The notes: a model not told the origin generated them from the sequence alone. Shown: positions 27,149 through 37,389, counted from the stretch's first letter. The stretch: DNA of 48,936 nucleotides from Gemmatimonadota bacterium (GCA_036679605.1 JAZDCZ010000173.1:1-48936); one strand, 5' to 3'. Translations and numbers: made by a program.

Positions 27149-28764
27149 TAGTGTTCGATATCCCGTTTGCCTTGTACGCCGCCCCGATCGTCGGAGCGAT
27201 CATCGCGATACTGGCGATTTGGGCGCGCCAAGTGAGGGTAAGGCGCGCCGACAAATGGTCGAGCCGACTTGGGGAAGATGCCAGACGCACCGGGAGATGG
27301 GGGGCAATCCTGTTGGCCTTGGCGCCGTTGGCGGCCATGGTGGCGTTTGCTGGTCCGAGATGGGGCACGCGGGTGGTGGAGACGGAAACAAAGGGGTTGA
27401 GCTTGGTGCTGGCCGTAGACGTCTCGCGCTCGATGCTGGCCGAGGACATCGAGCCTTCACGCCTAGAGTTGGCGAAGCGGGAAGCGGGCAGGATCATTCA
27501 CGATCTTAGAGGTGATCGCATTGGGTTGATCGCGTTCGCTGGGCAGAGTTTCATCATGTCTCCGCTCACGGTCGACGGAAGCGCGCTAGATCTGATGATC
27601 GAGGCTCTGGATCCCGACATAACCAGCGCTGGCGGGACTGACCTTGCCCGAGCGCTGAACCAGGGACGTGATTTGCTGATTGCCAAAGAAGAGGTTGCAG
27701 ACCGTGTCCTGGTGGTCTTCACCGACGGAGAGGCGCACGATTCGCTGTCTGAGGCAATTAAGGCAGCGCAACGGCTCAAGCGAGACGGCATACACGTGGT
27801 GTTCGTCGCAGAGGGAAGTACTCGGCCAACACAGATTCCAGTGCGTGACAGTGACGGTACCTTGATCGGTTACCAACGGGATCCAGCAGATCAGATTGTT
27901 CTCACGCGGCGCCGGGACGACATCCTATCGGCCGTAGCTGACGCTTCCGAAGGAATGCTTGTATCGGCAGAATTGGACGATCAAGCTGGTGCGGTACGCG
28001 ATCTGGTCTCAGCCCTCAAGAGAGTACCGGAAGCTACGACTACTGCTGCCCAGGACGTGTTGCGTGCATGGATTCCTCTGCTAGTGGCCGTAATGCTGTT
28101 GCTAGCTCATTCGCTTACCAGGCGCACAAGCGCATTGGCTGTGCTGGTGCTCTCCATTGGTGTAGCACCGACGGCGGTTGGCCAGGCCCCCCGTAACGCC
28201 GCCGAAGAGGCCTGGTTGCAAGGCAGGTTCGCTGAGTCAGCTCGCCTATATCTGGATCAAGCTAGAAATGGCCTTGGCGGAGATTCGGTTTGGTTCAACG
28301 CAGGCACCGCAGCGCTGGCGTCGGGCGATTCAATAATGGCCCGCATTGGCTTAGAACGGGCGGCCCGATCGATAGAACCGGGATTGCGATTTCGTGCCAA
28401 GTACAATCTCGGGCTCTTGGAGTTGCGTCTCTCTGATCTCGACTCGACCAACAAAGTCGAGCACCTGGAACGCGCGAAGCAACACTACGTGGAGGCGTTG
28501 CTGCTGAGACCTAAAGACGAATCCGCAAAGTGGAACCTGGAGTTGGCGCTTCAGAAGATGCCACCACCGCCGGAGAACTCAGGTGCACAAAACCAGGGCC
28601 CCGGTGGTGGGGAGGATCCGCAACCTCCGCCTTCTCAGGGTTTGAGTGCTGCGCAAGCGGAGCAGATTCTCAATTCCATAGCCGAAGAGGAGCGCCAGAC
28701 CCGTCTCAAGCTCAACCGCAATCGATCTCAGATGCGACAGACTCGAGGGAAGCGCGATTGGTAG
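27145..28764 (+). CDS. BatB-like VWA protein fused to a BatC-like TPR domain
   Basis: DVSRSM, FTDGE, TM segment, FNAGTA/YNLG TPRs, AKWNLELA, Q/P linker, AEQILNSI..EE, KRDW end. Confidence 0.85.
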   Translation: MIVFDIPFALYAAPIVGAIIAILAIWARQVRVRRADKWSSRLGEDARRTGRWGAILLALAPLAAMVAFAGPRWGTRVVETETKGLSLVLAVDVSRSMLAEDIEPSRLELAKREAGRIIHDLRGDRIGLIAFAGQSFIMSPLTVDGSALDLMIEALDPDITSAGGTDLARALNQGRDLLIAKEEVADRVLVVFTDGEAHDSLSEAIKAAQRLKRDGIHVVFVAEGSTRPTQIPVRDSDGTLIGYQRDPADQIVLTRRRDDILSAVADASEGMLVSAELDDQAGAVRDLVSALKRVPEATTTAAQDVLRAWIPLLVAVMLLLAHSLTRRTSALAVLVLSIGVAPTAVGQAPRNAAEEAWLQGRFAESARLYLDQARNGLGGDSVWFNAGTAALASGDSIMARIGLERAARSIEPGLRFRAKYNLGLLELRLSDLDSTNKVEHLERAKQHYVEALLLRPKDESAKWNLELALQKMPPPPENSGAQNQGPGGGEDPQPPPSQGLSAAQAEQILNSIAEEERQTRLKLNRNRSQMRQTRGKRDW

Positions 28765-31088
28765 CCGCCGTCTTAGTCCTCGCATTTTCGCTACAGCAGG
28801 TTCAGGTGGAAGCATCAGTGGACAGGAAGCAGGTCCTACTCGGTGAGGAGTTCGTACTCACAATAACAGTACAAGCCACTGGGACCGAACCGGTTCAGAT
28901 AATCGATCCTCTCTTGAGTGGACTAGTCCTTCGCGGCACGAGCGATCGTTCTCAAGTATCGATAAGCGCAGGAGTGTCAACGCGCGTCAGAACTCGGGAA
29001 CTTCGGTTGAGCGCCAACAGAACCGGCAAAGCCAGTATTGGAGCGGTAAGGGCACGGATGGGCAATGCAGTAGTCTCGACCGATCCGATCGAAATCAGTG
29101 TTACTGCCGCAGGTTTGCTGCGACAAGACGTACTGAATCCTCACATCCGAGCATTGGTCGAAAGCCACGTTCCTGATTCCCTGCCACAGGACGAGGCCTA
29201 CGTGGAGATAGTCACATCAGCCGATTCAGTCGTTCTGGGTGAACAGATCGATCTCATCGTCATAGCCTGGTTCCCCCGAGAAATACGTTCGCGGCTCAGA
29301 AATCCGCCGTTGCTCGACCCACCACAGTTGGCGGGAGCTTGGACGTACCCGGGAGGGGACGCTGGGGCGGTTGCACTGGGCCGCCAAGTAGGTGCTACCT
29401 GGTATGACCTGTACGTCCATCACCAAGCTGTCTTTCCGCTTACTCCGGGGAACTTCGAGGTTGGCCCTGCAAAGGTCTCGTATAGCTTGCCACTTACGTT
29501 CTCGTTTCTGAGCAGAGAGCGCAGGCACGAGGTGCAGAGCGACAGCGTGTACATAATGGTGTCGCCCCAGCCCACGGCGTCGCGCCCGGCGCAGTTCGAG
29601 GGCGCGGCAGGAGTTAATCTCGAATTCTCCGTCGAAATCACTCCGACGGAACTCAGTGTGGGAGAAGCAGGAATGGTAGTGGCGACGGTGTCTGGAAGGG
29701 GGAACGTCTCGCTTTGGCCCGAACCCAAGATCAAGTGGCCTGGCGGCCTACGAGTCTATCCAGAGAACGTGGCAGTGGATCTTGGCCCTGGGGAAGGCAA
29801 AATAACTGGCACGAAGAGGTTTCACTATTTGATCGTCGCGGATTCAGCCGGTGTGCAACGAGTACCGCAACCGCTATACGAATACTTTGACTTGGGGATA
29901 TCAGATTACGTGTCCCTCCGGTCCACGCGCCTGGAGATTCTGATCCGGGAATCTACTGCGTCACGTGGGAGATCGGGGGGTCTGGCTGCCCTGATGCAAA
30001 CTTCAATGCGAGTGGACTCGGCACGGCTGACGGAGTCGCTGTCAATGTGGTCATGGTTGCTCCTGCTGATCTTGCCTCCGCTTGCAGTGTACGGGATGCG
30101 AATGCTCCCGCGCATTACGATTCGACGCTCGGCCGCGGTTTTGCGCGAAGTCAATGCGTTTGAAAGGACGAGCCTGGAGTTCAAACTAGCACTGGAGAAC
30201 ATTGTCAGTGGAGCGCAACGCCATGATCGGGACCATCTGGCCGATGCGCTCCGTGCGGCTGGAGTTGAGGAGCACGTTGCGATGCATACTGCTGGAGTTA
30301 GAGACCGGGTGTGGCAGGTTCGCTATGGTCCTTCCGGTGAACTCGATCCCGAAGAGCTGGTGGCCGAGATGGAGGAAGTGCTGAAAGCCTTGATCGTGAT
30401 GTCGCCAGAATCAAGAATACCGAGATCTGTTCACTTTACGATATTGCTGCTTTCCATTTCGATTGTGACTCTGTCCCACGCACAATCAGCGGAGAGGCTT
30501 TACGAGACAGGAGCCCTGCGCGCTGCTGCAGATAGCTTTCTCGAACGTACTGAAGCGGAGCCGTGGTCGGCTGCCCATCAGTACAATCTCGGCTTGGTAA
30601 TGAATCGATCGGGTTTTAAGTCGGAGGCCAAGGCAGCATGGGTAAGGGCTGCGAGACTCGAACCCCGAAATAGAGAGATACGAAAGGCGCTGAGGAGTTC
30701 GCTGGCGCATGATGTGGTTTCTCGCGATCTAACCTGGGTATCTCCGCTCACGCCTGCTGAGTCGTTATTGGCTGCCGCTTTGTTGTGGGTGTTGGGTTGG
30801 ATCCTTGTGGGGTTTCGTGTAAGGAGGCGGGCGATCCTACTATTGGTATTGGCCACGGCAACCGCCGCATATGGTGAATACATTCGACGTTTGTATCTGC
30901 AACCAATAGCGCTAATCGTTCCGCCCACCGCGTCCTTACGAGAGGCTCCCTACGGTCCTGCGGCTACCCGAGGATCTCTAGAACGGAGCAGTGCAGTCAG
31001 AGTGCTGAGGGTTGAAGGATTTTGGGTTCTAGTCGAGCACGGACGAGACCAGGGCTGGTTGATTCGATCCGAGTTGACTCGCATCTAA
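28758..31088 (+). CDS. BatD-like protein fused to a BatE-like TPR/SH3 module
   Basis: ASVDR..VLLGEEF, Ig-like repeats, VSGRGN, TM helix, YNLG TPR, TM helices, C-terminal SH3b-like LREAP...WVLV...QGW. Start placed at TTG 28758. Confidence 0.82.
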   Translation: MVAAVLVLAFSLQQVQVEASVDRKQVLLGEEFVLTITVQATGTEPVQIIDPLLSGLVLRGTSDRSQVSISAGVSTRVRTRELRLSANRTGKASIGAVRARMGNAVVSTDPIEISVTAAGLLRQDVLNPHIRALVESHVPDSLPQDEAYVEIVTSADSVVLGEQIDLIVIAWFPREIRSRLRNPPLLDPPQLAGAWTYPGGDAGAVALGRQVGATWYDLYVHHQAVFPLTPGNFEVGPAKVSYSLPLTFSFLSRERRHEVQSDSVYIMVSPQPTASRPAQFEGAAGVNLEFSVEITPTELSVGEAGMVVATVSGRGNVSLWPEPKIKWPGGLRVYPENVAVDLGPGEGKITGTKRFHYLIVADSAGVQRVPQPLYEYFDLGISDYVSLRSTRLEILIRESTASRGRSGGLAALMQTSMRVDSARLTESLSMWSWLLLLILPPLAVYGMRMLPRITIRRSAAVLREVNAFERTSLEFKLALENIVSGAQRHDRDHLADALRAAGVEEHVAMHTAGVRDRVWQVRYGPSGELDPEELVAEMEEVLKALIVMSPESRIPRSVHFTILLLSISIVTLSHAQSAERLYETGALRAAADSFLERTEAEPWSAAHQYNLGLVMNRSGFKSEAKAAWVRAARLEPRNREIRKALRSSLAHDVVSRDLTWVSPLTPAESLLAAALLWVLGWILVGFRVRRRAILLLVLATATAAYGEYIRRLYLQPIALIVPPTASLREAPYGPAATRGSLERSSAVRVLRVEGFWVLVEHGRDQGWLIRSELTRI

Positions 31089-32815
31089 TGGGAAGGATCA
31101 AGACCCTTCCGGATGCAGTTGCCGACCAGATTGCTGCAGGAGAGGTGGTCGAGCGTCCGGCGTCGGTGGTCAAGGAACTCGTCGAGAACGCGCTCGACGC
31201 GGGTGCATACAACATTACGGTTGAACTCGAGGACGGTGGACGTTCACTTATAGGTGTAGGGGACGACGGGTGTGGTATGGATCGTGACGATGCCGTATTG
31301 GCGCTTGGCCGACATGCCACAAGTAAGATCGGTGTTGCTTCAGATCTCATAGGCGTATCGACCTATGGCTTCCGTGGTGAGGCGCTGCCGGCAGTAGCAT
31401 CGATCTCTCAGTTTGCAATGGAAACCGCGCAGGATGAAGAAGGGGAGTCAACAGCTGAGGGTGTGAAAATCGTGGTGACCGGCGGTAAGCTGGAGCCCGT
31501 CGAGGTGATCGCTCGTAGCAGAGGCTCGACGATAACTGTGAAAAGATTGTTCTTCAACACGCCAGCACGTCGTAAGTTTCTACGTTCGGCCCGCAGCGAG
31601 ACTCGCGCGGCGGTACAGGCACTCACTGTACTTGCTCTGTCGCGTCTAGAGGTATCGTTCCGTCTGACCAGTGACGGGCACAAACTCGTTGACGCACCCC
31701 GAGTGTCCAATGTGATCGACCGGATAGCTGCTCTGTTCGGTAGAGCCACAGCCGAGCAGCTTGTTCCCGTAGAATATGCAAACGGTCCTATTTCCGTACG
31801 GGGATTTATTCAGCGCCCTGCCGATGCGAAGCAAAGTGGCCGCAAGGCTCATCTGTTTGTAAATGGAAGGCCGTTCAAGGATCCTTTCATGGTACGTGCT
31901 GCCGAGGCCGGCTACAGAGCAACGATTCCTCCGGGAGCTAGACCGACACTCTTTCTATCGATCGGTATTTCAGGTGATCGAGTGGATGTCAATGTCCATC
32001 CTTCGAAGCTCGAAGTGCGGTTCCGTGATCGCATATTCGTGGAGCGCGCAGTTGAGACCGCAGTTCGAGAAGCACTGAGTCCGATCGGTGCAGCAGCGGT
32101 GATCGGGGTGCCCAGGGGCAACGGTGCCTCAGAGGATGGGTATAGGCGAACGTGGAGTAGTGGTGGGGTTGGGTCAGCCGATCTCCCGGATGTAGTGTTG
32201 CCTGATTTATTTGCTCGGTCCGCTGGGAGTTCGGCCGCTTCATACGTTCCAGGTCGACAACTTATTCAGGTACTCAATACGTACGTCATCTTTGAAACTC
32301 CCGATGGAGTTGCGATCGTGGATCAGCATTCTGCCCACGAGCGAATCCTGTACGAGCATGCGATGGCCGAGTTGAGCGGAACTGCCGCTGCTGCACAAAG
32401 GCTTTTGCTTCCGGTCACGGTTGACTTGAACGCCGAAGGGCTGGAAGCGGTTAGCGCAAACGGCGAATTTCTGTCTGCGGTGGGATTCGAAGTGGAGGAA
32501 TTCGGAGGCAGATCGATTGTCATGCACGCAGTTCCGAATCCGCATCCTCGATTCGACGCGCGTCTATGTTTCGAGGAGTTAGTGGCGGATCTTTCAACTG
32601 GAAGACTGGGCGGACTTAACCGGCTCGAAAGGTTTGCTGCGACGTACGCATGCAAGGCAGCGATCAAGGCCGGGCAGCGTTTGGAACCCGCCGAGATGTC
32701 TGATCTGATAGATAGGTTATTCGCTTGCGAACTCCCACCCCACGATGTTCACGGGCGTCCCACCATCGTCAAATTGCCGCGAGAAGAGCTGGAACGGAAA
32801 TTTGGCCGATCATAA
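31088..32815 (+). CDS. mutL: DNA mismatch repair endonuclease MutL
   Basis: QIAAGEVVERPASVVKELVEN, HATSKI, GFRGEAL, VDVNVHP.K.EV, DQHSAHER, ACKAAIK, HGRP. Confidence 0.97.
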   Translation: MGRIKTLPDAVADQIAAGEVVERPASVVKELVENALDAGAYNITVELEDGGRSLIGVGDDGCGMDRDDAVLALGRHATSKIGVASDLIGVSTYGFRGEALPAVASISQFAMETAQDEEGESTAEGVKIVVTGGKLEPVEVIARSRGSTITVKRLFFNTPARRKFLRSARSETRAAVQALTVLALSRLEVSFRLTSDGHKLVDAPRVSNVIDRIAALFGRATAEQLVPVEYANGPISVRGFIQRPADAKQSGRKAHLFVNGRPFKDPFMVRAAEAGYRATIPPGARPTLFLSIGISGDRVDVNVHPSKLEVRFRDRIFVERAVETAVREALSPIGAAAVIGVPRGNGASEDGYRRTWSSGGVGSADLPDVVLPDLFARSAGSSAASYVPGRQLIQVLNTYVIFETPDGVAIVDQHSAHERILYEHAMAELSGTAAAAQRLLLPVTVDLNAEGLEAVSANGEFLSAVGFEVEEFGGRSIVMHAVPNPHPRFDARLCFEELVADLSTGRLGGLNRLERFAATYACKAAIKAGQRLEPAEMSDLIDRLFACELPPHDVHGRPTIVKLPREELERKFGRS

Positions 32816-33725
32816 GCCGCTTGTGCCGGTGATCGTAGGCCCTACGGCAGTCGGTAAGACGGCCGCAGTGTTGGCGCTTGCCCGTCTCCGGCAGATCTCT
32901 GTGATATCCGCAGATTCGCGGCAAGTGTATCGGGGCATGGATATTGGGACAGCGAAGCCGACTTTGGGCGAGCGATCTCGGGTTCCACACTACGGTCTCG
33001 ATCTGGTCGATCCCGGAGAGCGATACAGCGCCGGACATTTCGCAGCGGATGCGGTTCGGTGGCTGGGCGCGGCGGATCCCGAGCGGCAAACGGTTGTGGT
33101 GGGCGGCACGGGCTTCTATGTGCGTGCGTTGGCAGACGGACTGTTCAGGGAACCACCGATTGACCCTACAAGGCGAGATCGGTTGCGAAGCTGGACTGCA
33201 AACGTAGGCGGATTGGGGCGCTGGGCTTCGCGACTGGACTCCGAATATGGCGGTGGCGGGCGCCAACGAGCTGCTCGAACTGTAGAGGTGTCTCTTCTCA
33301 CCGGTCGACCGCTGTCTTGGTGGCAGGAGAAGGCCAGGCTGGAAGGGGCCATCGAGCCGTTCTACATCAGGCTTACCGTGCCCCGTTCGGTTATCCGCGA
33401 TCGCATTGAGGTTAGGGTGTCCAAGATGCTCGAGGCCGGATGGGTGACTGAAGTCGAGCGATTGCTTAGTAGCGGTGTAGCACCCGATGCCCCTGGATTG
33501 GATGCGGTGGGATATCGAGACGTAGTGAGGTATCTGGCGGGCGACTTAACGCATTCCGAACTTGGTACGGCGATTGTCATTGCCACACGAAGATATGCTA
33601 AGCGCCAGGAGACCTGGTTCCGTCACCAATTGTCTGGTGGCAACGTAGTGGCGTTGGATGCTAGTGACTCGCCCGAGTTCCTGGCTCAACGAATGGTCGA
33701 TCTTTGGAATGAACAGGTGAATTGA
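32802..33725 (+). CDS. miaA: tRNA dimethylallyltransferase
   Basis: GPTAVGKT, SADSRQVYRGMDIGTAKP, VGGTGFY, TRRYAKRQ.TWF. Confidence 0.96.
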   Translation: MADHKPLVPVIVGPTAVGKTAAVLALARLRQISVISADSRQVYRGMDIGTAKPTLGERSRVPHYGLDLVDPGERYSAGHFAADAVRWLGAADPERQTVVVGGTGFYVRALADGLFREPPIDPTRRDRLRSWTANVGGLGRWASRLDSEYGGGGRQRAARTVEVSLLTGRPLSWWQEKARLEGAIEPFYIRLTVPRSVIRDRIEVRVSKMLEAGWVTEVERLLSSGVAPDAPGLDAVGYRDVVRYLAGDLTHSELGTAIVIATRRYAKRQETWFRHQLSGGNVVALDASDSPEFLAQRMVDLWNEQVN

Positions 33726-34855
33726 TGCGAATTGGTATTACTTGTTATCCGACTTATGGCGGATCAGGAGCTGTGGCCACCGAACTCGGGCTCGCGTTAG
33801 GTAGGCGGGGGCACGACGTCCACATCATATCATATGCTTCTCCGTTCAGACTGCGTGAGTTTGCCGAGAGAGTTTTCTTCCATGAAGTTGATCTGAGTGC
33901 AACGTATCCGTTGCTGGAGTACTTCCCGTACTCGCTGGCGCTGGCGGTCAAGCAGCACGAAGTCGCGTTGCGAGAGCACTTGGATATCCTCCATGTTCAT
34001 TATGCCATTCCCCATGCACCGGCCGCATTCTTGGCGCAGCAGATGTTGGAGGAAGAGCATCCGATAAAGGTGATCACGACGTTGCATGGAACCGATATCA
34101 CCTTGGTTGGTTTGGAGAGTTCGTTCTTCACCGTGACAAAATTCTCGATAGAGCGTTCCGATGCAGTCACAACGGTATCAGAGTATCTGCGTGAGCAGAC
34201 ATACAAGGAATTTGGATGCAGTCGTTGCGATATCCAGCACATCCCTAACTTCATCAATCTCTCGGAATACTATCCAACTGACGATCGCGCTGGTGACTAC
34301 GCTCGCCTAGTACCGTCTGGGCATAAAATGGTAACGCATATATCGAACTTCCGACAAGTGAAGCGGGTTCCGGATGTTGTGAGAATTTTTTCGAGAATCA
34401 ACGAGGCGATGCCGGCGATCTTGATACTCGCGGGAGATGGTCCGCAGAGACAGGAGACCGAGGCTGAGGCCGAGCAACTCGGAATAGCTGATAAAGTGCG
34501 CTTCCTCGGAAAGGTCGATAATGTGGCGGAACTCTTGCGTGCCGCCGATCTCTATCTTCTGCCAAGCGACTCAGAGTCGTTCGGATTGAGCGCACTCGAG
34601 GCAATGGCATGCGGGGTACCTGTTGTTGCAAGTAATGTTGGAGGTATTCCTGAAGTGATCATTGATGGAGAAACTGGAGCGCTGGAGGCACCAGGTGATG
34701 TTGCGAGAATGGCTGACAGATCTATAGAACTACTCTCAGACAGTGCACGCCTTTCAGCAATGAGAAAGGCCGCGGTCGAGCGAGCGAAGACATTCAGTAC
34801 GGAACGGGTGGTCCCGCTCTACGAAGATCTCTACGCGCGCGTGTTAGCTGGATGA
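33725..34855 (+). CDS. bshA: N-acetyl-alpha-D-glucosaminyl L-malate synthase (bacillithiol biosynthesis)
   Basis: GITCYPTYGGSG.VATELG, HVHYAIPHA, TTLHGTDITLVG, HISNFR.VKR, ESFGL.ALEAMACG. Confidence 0.93.
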   Translation: MRIGITCYPTYGGSGAVATELGLALGRRGHDVHIISYASPFRLREFAERVFFHEVDLSATYPLLEYFPYSLALAVKQHEVALREHLDILHVHYAIPHAPAAFLAQQMLEEEHPIKVITTLHGTDITLVGLESSFFTVTKFSIERSDAVTTVSEYLREQTYKEFGCSRCDIQHIPNFINLSEYYPTDDRAGDYARLVPSGHKMVTHISNFRQVKRVPDVVRIFSRINEAMPAILILAGDGPQRQETEAEAEQLGIADKVRFLGKVDNVAELLRAADLYLLPSDSESFGLSALEAMACGVPVVASNVGGIPEVIIDGETGALEAPGDVARMADRSIELLSDSARLSAMRKAAVERAKTFSTERVVPLYEDLYARVLAG

Positions 34856-35640
34856 CGTTGTGGCAAGGTGTTGCATTGGGAATCGTTCAGGGACTAACGG
34901 AATTCTTGCCCATATCGAGTTCAGGTCATCTCGTGGTTACGGAGAAACTGTTCAACCTGTCGAGCCCTGGTGTCCTGGTAGAAGTTGTGCTTCACGTTGC
35001 CACACTGATCGCAGTGGTGTTTGTTTATCGCGGTAGACTATGGCGCCTCTTGTCTGGTGCAATGTTAGGTGATCGCGATGAATTGCATTATCTGATGTTG
35101 CTGGCAATCGGTACGCTCCCGGCAGCATTTATTGGATTCTTCCTGGCGGATTGGATAGAGAAGGTCTTCGATTCTCTGATGGTTGTCGGAATAGACTTTC
35201 TGGTCACAGGCGCGATTCTGTGGAGTACTCGGCGTGCTCCACGTGGAGATGTTGCAAAAACGCCGTCAATGCAAACGGCAGGAGTCATCGGGTTGGCACA
35301 GGCGGCGGCGGTGTTGCCCGGTATCTCGCGTTCGGGCTCCACGATTGCCACGGCTATGTGGCTTGGTCTAGATGCGGTTCGGGCAGCCGAATACTCGTTT
35401 CTGCTATCTATACCGGTGGTGCTCGGAGCAGCGGTACTGCAGTTGCCGAATCTTGCTGCCGACGTCACGGCGGTCGGAGCGATCCCATTGCTGGCAGGTT
35501 TTGTAGCATCGGTGGCGTCGGGCATACTCGCCATACGGCTTCTGGTAGCTCTTCTGAAGCAAGGCAAGTTTCACAGATTTGCGCCCTATTGCATCATTGT
35601 CGGGATTGCAACAGTCATATGGGCGGCTGCTCAAGGATGA
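34852..35640 (+). CDS. uppP: Undecaprenyl-diphosphate phosphatase
   Basis: GIVQGLTEFLPISSSGH, PGISRSGSTI, AAEYSFLLSIP. Confidence 0.96.
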   Translation: MTLWQGVALGIVQGLTEFLPISSSGHLVVTEKLFNLSSPGVLVEVVLHVATLIAVVFVYRGRLWRLLSGAMLGDRDELHYLMLLAIGTLPAAFIGFFLADWIEKVFDSLMVVGIDFLVTGAILWSTRRAPRGDVAKTPSMQTAGVIGLAQAAAVLPGISRSGSTIATAMWLGLDAVRAAEYSFLLSIPVVLGAAVLQLPNLAADVTAVGAIPLLAGFVASVASGILAIRLLVALLKQGKFHRFAPYCIIVGIATVIWAAAQG

Positions 35641-36377
35641 GTTATGATGGGGTCGGCCCGGCAGATTTGGCAAGACGTCTTCGCGCGACGAGTTGCCTCA
35701 GCCTGGCGAAGGTGACGAGCACGTTGGACATCATTCATGAGATGGCGGCAGAGGGGGCACCTGGCGGAACCGTCGTAATCGCAGATGAGCAAGTGGCGGG
35801 GAGAGGGAGGTTGGGCCGGCGGTGGAATAGTCCGCCGAAGACTGGAATCTGGCTCGGTTACTTGGTTCGGACTGGTGGCTCCATTGGCATAGGCGTGTTA
35901 TCGATTCGAGTAGGACTCAAGATGGTGGAAACTCTCAGCGAACTTGGCGCCGAAGCGTTCTTGAAATGGCCCAACGACCTGATAGCGAGCGGACGGAAAC
36001 TGGCAGGAGTGCTGTGTGAAGCACGGTGGTTGCGAGATCGATTGCAGTGGTTGGCGATTGGAATAGGGATGAACGTTCATGGTGAATTGCCGAGTGACCT
36101 GGCCAAGACGGCAATCGCTTTAGATGGACTGCTGCCGAATGTCACCAGATTGGAGGTGCTGGAGCGCTTGGTGCCCAAGCTACATCGAATGTCGCATGCC
36201 GAATTTCTTACGGAAGATGAGCTGCGCGCGTTCGAGGCGTCGGATTGGTTGCGTGACAGAGGCACTTCTGCTCCCATAGCTGGGATTGTACGAGGAGTCG
36301 ATAGTGCCGGTGCGCTGATGGTGGAGACCCGCGATGGCCTGGAACGAGTGATTGGGGGAAGTGTTGTCCTCTCGTGA
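35637..36377 (+). CDS. birA: Biotin-protein ligase (no N-terminal HTH)
   Basis: ADEQVAGRGRLGRRW.SP, LKWPNDL, KLAGVL, GIGMN; ATG 35637 overlaps the uppP stop. Confidence 0.93.
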   Translation: MSYDGVGPADLARRLRATSCLSLAKVTSTLDIIHEMAAEGAPGGTVVIADEQVAGRGRLGRRWNSPPKTGIWLGYLVRTGGSIGIGVLSIRVGLKMVETLSELGAEAFLKWPNDLIASGRKLAGVLCEARWLRDRLQWLAIGIGMNVHGELPSDLAKTAIALDGLLPNVTRLEVLERLVPKLHRMSHAEFLTEDELRAFEASDWLRDRGTSAPIAGIVRGVDSAGALMVETRDGLERVIGGSVVLS

Positions 36378-37389
36378 CCTTCCGTGGTGGACCCGTGGAG
36401 TGGCGGTCGTAGCTCTGCTGCTCGCGTCATGGTGGTTCTTGCGAAACGATTCGCTCCACGGCCTCCTGGGCGACTCAATAGCACCGCTCAGTCTTGGAGT
36501 CATGGCCGTATTGATCCTTCTCGGTATGCGTGTTCCCATCGGGATCTGGCCCAGCGGTCCGTGGCGGGAACGTTTCTCGGTTCCGGCAGTCTTGGTTGTT
36601 GCAATTGTATGTGCGCTCACCATTGTGATTGCGGGACGGGCCGGTTCCGGGTACGTGACTTCCCAAGTCGATTTGGGCAAAGGGATGCTCGTAGTGGCGG
36701 GAACTGTAGCATGGGGGTTCGCAATAGCGTTCGTCCATCAGCGACCTTTCATCGGGTGGTATGCCGCAGCCGCTACTCTGGGGTTGTTGCCGGCGATCGC
36801 AGGATTATTGGTGGATGTCTCGGGTCAGGGCGGGGAAGCATACCAGATGTGCTTCTTTACTTTGGGCGAAACTAGTGCGGTCGACGCAGAATCCACTCGA
36901 TGTGCTGCCGCGGCGGTTCCTGCCCTGATGTTCCTGGTGGCGCTCGGTGCCACATCGAAACTAGCCGCGGAAGAGTTGGCGTTTCGAAGGTTGCTCGTGG
37001 GCGAGCCAGAGGGAGCAGGGCTCCTCCCCGTGCTGATCGCCTCAGTCGCGGCGATGGCTTGGTATGGGCTGCTCTCTTTGTCGGGAATGGGCGGGACGAA
37101 TCTCATACTGCTCGGATCTATCAGTGCCTTGACTGCCACTTGCCTTTATGTGCTGTCGGGCTCCCTGCTGGTATCCGCACTGTACAGCGGCACGCTGTCA
37201 GCCGGTGTGGCAGCGTCCGCATTATCTCGTCCAATTAGAGATGGCCAGAACTTCTCGGCGCCTTCCGGGCACGCAATGTGGGGAACAGCTCTGGCCATCA
37301 GCATAGCGCTTTCCGTTATCGTACTGAGACGCAACGGCATGGTACGAAAAACTCTAATGGTCGAGGAGTCAGATGCTTCTGGTGATTGA
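36352..37389 (+). CDS. Polytopic membrane protein, degenerate CPBP/Abi (CAAX protease-like); start uncertain
   Basis: About 10 hydrophobic segments. AEELAFR matches CPBP motif 1, but the downstream His motifs are not seen. Confidence 0.65.
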   Translation: MGEVLSSRDLPWWTRGVAVVALLLASWWFLRNDSLHGLLGDSIAPLSLGVMAVLILLGMRVPIGIWPSGPWRERFSVPAVLVVAIVCALTIVIAGRAGSGYVTSQVDLGKGMLVVAGTVAWGFAIAFVHQRPFIGWYAAAATLGLLPAIAGLLVDVSGQGGEAYQMCFFTLGETSAVDAESTRCAAAAVPALMFLVALGATSKLAAEELAFRRLLVGEPEGAGLLPVLIASVAAMAWYGLLSLSGMGGTNLILLGSISALTATCLYVLSGSLLVSALYSGTLSAGVAASALSRPIRDGQNFSAPSGHAMWGTALAISIALSVIVLRRNGMVRKTLMVEESDASGD

